NCBI RefSeq assembly: GCF_009914755.1
Contig: NC_060929.1
Direction: 5' to 3' (one strand)
From: the human T2T-CHM13v2.0 reference genome, Homo sapiens
DNA: 64,000 bases
Part shown: piece after piece, positions 55,391 to 64,000 of the stretch
Layout of the letters: each line of letters starts with the position of its first letter
Position numbering within the stretch: the first letter of the stretch is position 1
Translations under genes and position numbers: made by a program
Notes under the pieces: generated by a model
What the model saw: the letters and a program-made list of their open reading frames with translations, nothing else
What the model was told of the DNA's origin: nothing
Database searches by the model: none

Positions 55391-57809
55391 AACCATTACA
55401 ATGACCTTCATTCAGGAATGCTGCAGAGGAAATGTCCAAGATAAGTGAAGTAGTGAGATGACTAGTGAGGAAATTTCATTTACAGCCATTGCCAGTGCTA
55501 AAAGGTTTGCTTGTAATTTGACTTCCTGCAAGAAGCAACTTAAACTATTCATAAATAGTGAACATCCTTTGGACAAAAGTGGAAACTGTCCCCCATTCCC
55601 CCTTGTACACGTACACTGCTGCCTGCACCCGCTTGTTTTTAACCTACCTCATGAGTTTCTTATGTCTTTGTTCTCACAGATTTGTTTTATAACCATTCCT
55701 TCTTTATTCCAGACACGCATCAGAAAGCCAATGCCATAGAGAACCAGGTCCTCAACTACCATTAGGAAAATGAAAAACATGATGAATCACCAACAGTATT
55801 AGCATGAAAACAGTCTCTGAGCCAGACTGGGCTCAAATCTGCTCAGAGTCATCAAGGCACTGCCACACAAATGATTTTGACATCACAATTCTAGGATTTT
55901 GAATTCATGTGTTGCCGAAGTCAGAAACCTGAACTCCAGGAAAACAAAAAATCTGTTATTATGCAAATAGTTTTAGACACTAAAAAAAGGGGGAAATGAA
56001 AAGATAAGCAAACACAGACTGCATAATGCCACCTGGCTTCTAAAATAGTACCCTCTAAAAGTTTTAATAGGTGTTAGCTCATCTGAAACAAAGGTCTCTA
56101 ATCACATAGAAAGCGTTTTACTCAAATGATTTCATTTTCTATTTTGGTAACTCTTCCAATGGTGTGATTGTGCTTTCAGAGAAAAGAATAACAGGAGACC
56201 CTGAATGTTTTCCTTGTATTAGGAGTAATTTCCATCTTTTCTACCAAATAACAAATGGGCAATCATCCTGCATGCTTATTCAACCAGCACTGGTTATGTG
56301 CCAGGCACAGTGCTTGGCGCTGGGGATAAAGTACGGAGCAGATACAGAGAGGACCTGTCTTCCTGGAATTTGCAGTCTTTCATAAACATGTGTGCAGCTT
56401 GTCCATTCCAAAGATGTTTGTCTTTCTATTAAAATGCATGCATTATGGCACTGTATCTTTTACAAAGTTCTTTTACATATACCACTTTGTCATCCTCTTG
56501 AGAACTCTAATAACAACATGAATGTAAAGATTTTCTCTTATAATGAAGAAGGAAAGGCTCAGAGTCCAAAAGTACTGGCGACAAATCACATAAAACGTGT
56601 TCTTTCAACCACACTGATAGTAACAAAACACAGCAAATGTTTAACATAACGCTTATAAAGTCTAAGCATTTATAGCCATTCTCTGTTAATTCTTACAACA
56701 AACCTATAATTCCCTACTTAAAAAGTGGTGTGACTGAGACTCAGAGGTTTAGTAACTTATTATAAGCCAATCATTCAACTAAAAAGAAAGATGTGAACCC
56801 AAGCAATGTGATTGGAGAGCTGGCATTCAACCACAGCAATGTATTGTCAAGATAATACAAACTGGTCATGTTCCTTATTTGATCAGTCGTTGGAATAGCT
56901 ATCATTATAATCCATTATCATTAGAATCCATTTGAATAGAGAAACTGAGGCCTATGGTGGTTAATGGCCACATTCAAGGTCATACAGTCTAGATGAAGTT
57001 AAAATAAAATCTAAATCCCCAAGATGTGAAATTCAACTCACCTTTCTACTTGAGCAAGTGTTCTTACCTCCTCACAATGCAAGAGAAGATATTTTGAGAG
57101 ACCATCCAGTCTCAACTTATGCTTTAAGGTCAAGTGAGAGGTCTTCTTATACTGGACCTGGGCTTGGTCAACATGATCAGGTGTAAGCAAGAATTGAAAC
57201 TGAGACATTCAGAGTGAGAAAGCTCAAGGCTATCAAACACCTCATCAGTTTGGGAGTCCCTATTCTAAATGAGATTTACCTTTGGCTAATATGTCAAAGT
57301 TTAAAGATGATCTAGGGACAGATCACTTCCTTCCTTCTGAATAATGATGTTAGGAGAGCCATTTCCATTGGAAAGAGGGTAAGAGAATGTGAAGTGCATT
57401 TGTGTATAATATAGGGTTTGTGAAAAGAGAATAGGGAGATAGCTGGAAGGCAAGGTAAATTCCAGGTCATCCATTCAACAACAACAACAAATGTATATAA
57501 CAACAACTATCTATATATCTATATTTATTAGATATTTAGTACTTTCAATATTACCAATGCTGTATTTAATCCTGGAGAAAAAGATGAATATGACATAGTC
57601 CTTGGCCCTAACAATCTAGTAGATACAGAATTAGAAGGCTCAGAGAGTATAATATTTTTCTTCAGATACCAGAAAGCCACTAAAGGTTTTCAAGAAGAGG
57701 ATGATGTGACCATAGCTGTTCCTCTTACAGATTCAGACACCGATTTGAGAGGGACTTCGAAGGTTAAAGTGTCCTCCCGTGGACCACAGATTTCCATGCA
57801 ATAATGCCC

Positions 57810-58127
57810 TCTATGGCTGTACTAGCCTACGCAGTAGCGACCTATGGCTATGGAGCACTTGACATGCAGCTAGGCAAGCTGCCTGTCTACAAGTATAAAG
57901 GACATGCTGGACTTTGAAGATTTAGTATTGGAAAAAAAAAACAAAGCAAAATTCCATTAAAAATATGTTATATTGATTATACATAGATGTGATAATATTT
58001 TAAATATATTGAGTTAAATCTGTTACTAAGATTAATTTTACCCATTTCTTTTTACTCATTAATGTGGCTACTAGAACACTTACAATTATGTATGTGACTT
58101 GCATTGTTTTTCTTTTAGACAGTGCTA
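57810..58127. mobile_element. MER33-like hAT MITE
   Basis: atggctatggagcacttgacatg...ggactttgaagatttagta...aatgtggctactagaa...ttagacagtgct. Confidence 0.7.
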
Positions 58128-58588
58128 TTGCATAGAATTCCTGGTAAATGTTCACCCAGGTTTTCTAGAACATCTCTCCCAACTGCACATTCACTGGCTC
58201 TTGAGGAATTCCATTTTGGTGCTCAATAGGTCTGCCTGCAGATCTTTTTGGGAAGCCACAATCTTTCTGTAGAGTTTACCCATTGGGAATCATGATACCC
58301 TAGTGTGTCCTTCCAACAGTGATGTCCAACTATATTTTCCCCCCATAGGTCCAACATCTTCCAGTCTTTTGTCTTAAGTAAACACCTTCGGTTGGTTTTA
58401 TTACTCCTTGCACACTATGTTTTCCAGGCCTCCGATGATTTTTATCATTCTTATCTCATACACTCTAAATTATCAGTACTTCCTTGGAAATAAAAAAAAA
58501 AATGTTTCTTTAATTGTCTGGTTGGAGGTAGCAGGGTATGGTAGAAATACCTCTAGATTGGAGACCACAGGTAGGTTTGCTTCCCATC

Positions 58589-59018
58589 TGCTGTGGTTTA
58601 GATATGGTTTGTTTGTCTCCACCAAATCTCATGTTGAAATTTGATCCTCAATGTGGCAGTGTTGGGAGCCCTGGTCTAGTGGGAGGTGTTTGAATCATGC
58701 AGGAAGATCCTTTACAAATAGATTAATGCCCTCCCACTGAGGTGCGTGTGTTCTCATAGGACTGGATTAGTTCCTGAGGGAGTGGTTGTTAGAGTCTGGC
58801 TTCCTTGGGTTCACTCTTGCTTCCTTTCTTGCCATGTGAGCTCTTTACACATGCCAGCAACTGTCTACCAAGAGCTGAAGTAGGCTGAGGCCCTCACCAG
58901 ATGCAGATGCTCAATTTTGACCTTTCTAGCCACCAGAACTATGAACTAAAACTCTTTCCATATAAATTACCCAGTCTCAGGTAGTCTGTCATAGCAACAC
59001 AAAACACAGACTAAGACA
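58589..59018 (+). mobile_element. MSTB-like MaLR solo LTR inserted in a MIR
   Basis: tgctgtggtttagatatggtttgtttgtctccaccaaatctcatgttgaaatttgatcc...cagactaagaca. 5-bp TSD ccatc/ccacc. Confidence 0.88.
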
Positions 59019-61398
59019 CCACCTCCCCCATCAGTGTACAACCTTGAGAAAGTAATTTCACCTTATATTTGAAAGCATATTAAAGCCAATTTAAAAGTAA
59101 AATAAAGGTTGGAGGTTTTATATATAGTTCTCTGCAGTAAACCTAGTCTTTAACTGCTCCACACTCATGTCTCCTGCCAATAGAATCCACTCTCAAATCA
59201 TGTAATTTCTGCTGTTGTATGAGGGAGGAGAGACAGGTTAACCTTTATCTTCAGCTTTAGAGAAGGCTGAACCCCAGCCTGGAGAGGTAAAGTCACAGAA
59301 ATTGGTTTAGTGATGGGTGCAGTACTCAGCTGAGGCAAATGCATTACATGGAAAGAGCCAGCTTGAGAATAAAGCAACAGAGAAAGCAGAACTAAAATAT
59401 ACTGGGAATGGGGGACGAGACCTAATAACATAATTCACATCATTTGAATGCCTGGTTCACCTGTGCTTAAAGTAATGTATTCCTTGGTTTTTAAAACACA
59501 CACACACACACACATGAACACAAACACACACAAAAAAAACTGAATTAATAAATTCTTTGTATTTCTTAAGCTAGTTTGAGTTTACAACCAAGAGCTCTGA
59601 CTAATGTACTGTCCATCTCTAAAATATTTCTAGATGCTTTATTTCATTCCAAGCCCCTCTGATTTGTCATGTATGCACCTACACTTACAAACGAGAAGCA
59701 ATGTTTTCCAAGCAAACAGAGAAGGACAGACATTTTAAGATGGCAGAAGACAGGGATGGTAGAGCCCCCATTCTCTTTCCTTTCCTCTGAAGAAGCATGT
59801 CCATTAATCATTCTCCCATGTCATGGAGAAACCACATGGTCAACATTTAAATTACTAAAATTGTCATTTCACATTAAAATGATATTTGTTATATATTTCC
59901 TCTGAAGTGTGTGGCAAGTAATTAAATAACATTACAGCATGCCTCATCTTGTAAAATCAATGTGTGTACAAAAGCCAAATTGACTTCCATTAAAATTCCT
60001 GACACACTTTATCTGTTCTTCTGATTGATTCTCAGTTGGCAATATCTCCCAACCCTTCAGCTTTCTAGTTCTCTTCCTATGCCCCCATATCTACCTAACA
60101 AGTAGGTTTTAATATAATACCAAAGAACTAAAAAGACCTTAAAAAATGGCTACTACTCTGCTCCCTCAGTGTATTGAGTTCCAGATGATAGGATGTGACT
60201 CTCTCAATGGCTCTCAAACAGTAAGTTGGAGATAAAATTTTTGCAAGAGTTTAATGTTCCTGAAATATATCATACAGCATCTGTATTCTAAATGGAGCCC
60301 CCTGTTTATAGGTCTCTTTGATTATGCAAATCATCTCCAAATTTAAACATTTTTTAAAACAAGATCAGATTACTCTATTTTAGTTTTCAAAAACTGGGTT
60401 TTTCCTTAATTTGGGTGCATAAGATGTGATTAAATACAAATAGCCACTGCTATTTATGTACCCTGTACCTGGCATATGCTTAATGGGCACTATGGGGCTC
60501 AGTCTTCATAAAAATCTCTTTGAGACTGGTACTGTTAGAATGCCCCTCTTACAGAGAAGGAAGCTGGGGTTGAGAGGCTATACACTTGGCTTAAGTGAGA
60601 CATCTGATAAATGGCATGCAGGATTGATTCCATTTCTAGCTCTGACTCCAGAGCCTGAGCATTTAACATGAATATTCTATATACTCAGAAAGATTAGGCA
60701 AGCTTTTTATTAGCACATGTCTGAAAACAGACAAGCCTTTGAGATTCAAGACCTGCAAAATTTTTTCAATATCTTACCAGACAAAACTATCATATTGCTG
60801 GTGAAAATTTAGAATGATACAGCTTTTTTGGAAAATGGTTTGGAGGTTTCTCAAAAATCTAAACATAGAATGACCATAGCAATTCCATTTCTATGTGTAT
60901 AACCAAGAGAAATGAAAACATGTCTACTTTTCCTCATAGAGTAACATGCATATAGCCCAGAATCCAAAGAAACTGAAAAAGGATCCAGAGGAACTTTCAT
61001 TGCTGCAAGCTCAGTTGCTGCCCCAGGCCAACCATGTGTTTCATCAGACATGCACAACTTGAATGAACTGCACTGGTACCTCAAATCCTGCTATACGACT
61101 TTGAGCCTAAAAAGCAAGGTGATTACTATTTTATTTCTGACTTCCACATCTCATGCAAATGTCTCTTGTGGTTCATGCTAATCCATAACTATGCAAGAAA
61201 GAACTCGGAAGGATAGTCCAGCTTTGCTAAACAAATTGACCACAATTATTATTAAAGAATTTGAAAGCCAGATAGGTAATGTTATGCAGTGCATAAATAC
61301 ATTTTACCCTTAAGAAGAAATGCAAACTTGTCCTAAATTCCTTGGTCTAATCTGCTTAAATTTAAAAAACAATTCTGCAAACGGTACATTTTTTAAAT

Positions 61399-61612
61399 CA
61401 AGGTTTCTCAGCCTCAGCATTATTGACATTTTGTGCTAGATAATTCTTTGTTACTGGGGCTGTTCTGTGCATTGTAAGGTGCTTAGCAGCATCCTTTGCC
61501 TCAAGTAACTGGATTCTATAGCACCTTCCCAGTCTTGGCAAGCAAATATATCTACAGACAATGCCAAATATCTTCCAGAGTGAAAAAAATCACCCCCAAC
61601 TGAGAACCATTT
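61399..61612 (-). mobile_element. MER20 hAT MITE
   Basis: caaggtttctcagcctcagcattattgacatttt...gacaatgccaaat...aaatcacccccaactgagaaccat. Confidence 0.85.
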
Positions 61613-61665
61613 CATTGACCAGTATAAAATATGCAGCACCTTTGTTTTGGAATAATCGAGTTGAA

Positions 61666-61794
61666 AATAGATTACATATTATGCTGTTTGTACATTTAAT
61701 TTCATACCACCACACTCCAGCCTGGGCAACAGAGTGAGATCTCATCTCTATATAATAGATTATATATTATACTGCTTGGACATTTAATTCCATA
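61666..61794. repeat. 41-bp direct repeats flanking a short Alu 3'-end fragment (61702-61748)
   Basis: 61666-61706 vs 61754-61794 match 36/41. The fragment matches 62388-62434 at 45/47. Confidence 0.9.
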
Positions 61795-62111
61795 GATTAT
61801 GATTTTTGATTACATAAAACCTCACCCAACATAAACATTAACTCACTGCATTGGAAGAGACTCTCTCTGTTGGTTCAATGTTGAGTCAAATCACAAAATC
61901 GAGGTTCAGTTGTTCAAGGTCACTATTTAAAAACACCACGAATGTGTTAGCTTCAGAGATCAAGCTTAAATCCCAACAAAAGGAAGGATACAGTAGAGTA
62001 GGCAAATCTGCATTTACTACAAGAAATTTTAGCAAAAACACTTCCCTTAATGATGCAGTAAAAGGCTACAGAGATGATACTCTCAAAATGGTGAATAATG
62101 TTTCTTGGTCA

Positions 62112-62470
<359 letters not shown>

Positions 62471-62599
62471 TTAATTCTTGAATGGCCTACCCTATGATAG
62501 TTGCACATATTTTAAAAATGACTAGCATGACCGGTTAACATTATCAAAAGCACTCAACTAACTGGTTACACCTTGCCCATATCAAATCATACTCAAACT

Positions 62600-63129
62600 C
62601 AGGGGTCCCCAACCAACTGGCCATGGACCGCTACCAGTTTGTGGCCTGTTAGGAACTGGGCCACACACCAGGAAGTGAGCAGAGAGTGAGTGAGAAAAGC
62701 TTCATCTATATTTACAGTCACTGTCCATCACTGGCATTGCCACCTGAGCTCTGCCTCCTGTCAGTTCAGTGGCAGCCTTAGATTTCTCATAGGAGCACAA
62801 ATCCAATCAAGAACTGCACATGTGAGGGATCTACATTGTGTATCCCTTATGAGAATCTAATGCCTGATGATCTGTCACTGTCTCTCATCACCTCCAGGTG
62901 GGATCATCTAGTTGAAGGAAAACAAGTTCAGGGCTCCCACTGATTCTACATTGTGGTGAGTAGTATAATTGTTTCATTATATATTACCATGTAATACCAA
63001 TAGAAATAAAGTACACAATAAATGTAATGTGCTTGAATCATCCACAAACCATCCCCCATCCCCCAGTCTGTGGAAAAGTCTTCCATGAAACCAATCCCTT
63101 GTGCCAAAAAAGGTTGGGAACCGCTGCTG
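62600..63129 (+). mobile_element. MER1A hAT-Charlie element
   Basis: caggggtccccaacc ... gtgccaaaaaaggttgggaaccgctg; ~530 bp; degenerate 8-bp flanks ctcaaact/ctctaacc. Confidence 0.88.
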
Positions 63130-63378
63130 CTCTAACCCAAGGACAGAAAACTTCAGTATCATCAGGAGCCAAGCAGGCAAAATTAAGCCCACAGAGAGTC
63201 ATAGGAACTACACTGAACTGAAAAGTCTATGCCTCACCTAAAAGTAAGCCATTTCTGCTGATCCCCTTCAAAAAGTTGTGACTTTGAGAAATCCAAGAGC
63301 TTGTATAGTTGTATGAAATTACTTGGCAATTGATTCAATTTTTAGAAATCATCACAAGGCAACATCACAGGGGAGAAA

Positions 63379-63550
63379 TATATATGTTTACATCTGTGTG
63401 TGTATACGTATGTATTTGTGTGTAAAATGGCTGAATCACTCAAGCTGGTACAATATGTATATTGCTTGTGCATACATATGTATTGTATATGCATATTTTT
63501 ATGTATATATTATGTGCATGCCTATGTATACCTGTGTATTTGTGTATCTG
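63379..63550. repeat. (TA/TG)-rich low-complexity tract
   Basis: Degenerate tatgtg/tatata repeats. Confidence 0.7.
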
Positions 63551-63761
63551 TAGCCTGAATTCACCTATCAGGAGGCTAAGTTATTACTATTATTACAAAC
63601 AACTAATAAATGTAGTTATTTCAAAAAAATCTCTTCCCACTTAACTCTAAGTTGTTTGTCAATAACAATATCAATAACTTAATATCACTTACATGGTCAA
63701 AGAACCAATAAGCTTACTGTTCTGAAGATCAGTAAGAAAATCTTACTTCCGATAAGTCATC

Positions 63762-64000
63762 CAAATTGGAAAAGAAATAGTTAAACTGTCTGTCTGTAGA
63801 GAACAAGGTCTTATCTATACAAAACCCTAAAGAATCTGCCAAAAAAAGGTGATAAACAAAGGTTCAGGATACAAAAATCAACATGCAAAAGTTAGTAGCA
63901 TTTCTCTACACTAACAAACTTAAAAAAATCAATTTGCAATAGCTACCAAAAACAAAAGCAAAACAAAAAAATACCACACTTAGGAATAAATTTAACCAAG
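63762..64000 (+). mobile_element. Old L1M ORF2 (RT region) fragment running off the window end
   Basis: aaattggaaaagaaatagttaaactgtct...caggatacaaaaatcaacatgcaaaa...cttaggaataaatttaaccaag resembles degenerate [11 protein letters not shown] / GYKIN / YLGINLTK. Confidence 0.75.

Noticed and set aside
60314-60331. CTTTGATTATGCAAAT resembling an OCT4-SOX2 composite (octamers also near 55961 and 61153)
   Set aside because: The SOX half does not fit the composite spacing, and a few octamers are expected by chance in 64 kb of AT-rich DNA.

Overview
This is human genomic DNA, non-coding and very repeat-rich; the human call rests on the L1HS-diagnostic 3'UTR bases. I see no host protein-coding exon, RNA gene, CRISPR array or prokaryotic feature, and I cannot identify the locus. 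The dominant feature is a full-length (~6.05 kb) minus-strand L1HS of the pre-Ta type (30169-36219). It has a 14-bp TSD, intact ORF1 and ORF0, and an ORF2 killed by three in-frame stops with no frameshift. The rest is Alus, solo LTRs (MER41, LTR8, MER4, THE1, MST, MLT1), DNA transposon fossils (Charlie1, Kanga, MER1A, MER20, MER33, MER5) and L2/MIR/L1M relics. The most notable structures read from the sequence are: (i) an L1PA7 insertion that appears to carry a ~280-bp 3' transduction; (ii) three separate locally templated duplication/insertion scars (3625, 13363, 61666); (iii) a strong + strand cryptic exon at 46380-46502 that is in frame with the second ORF0 splice donor of the L1; (iv) a twin-primed L1PA6 inside a MER41 LTR that keeps one STAT GAS site. 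I found no convincing evidence of a wholly new biological system. All repeat family calls are by eye from recalled consensus sequences and need RepeatMasker/Dfam confirmation.
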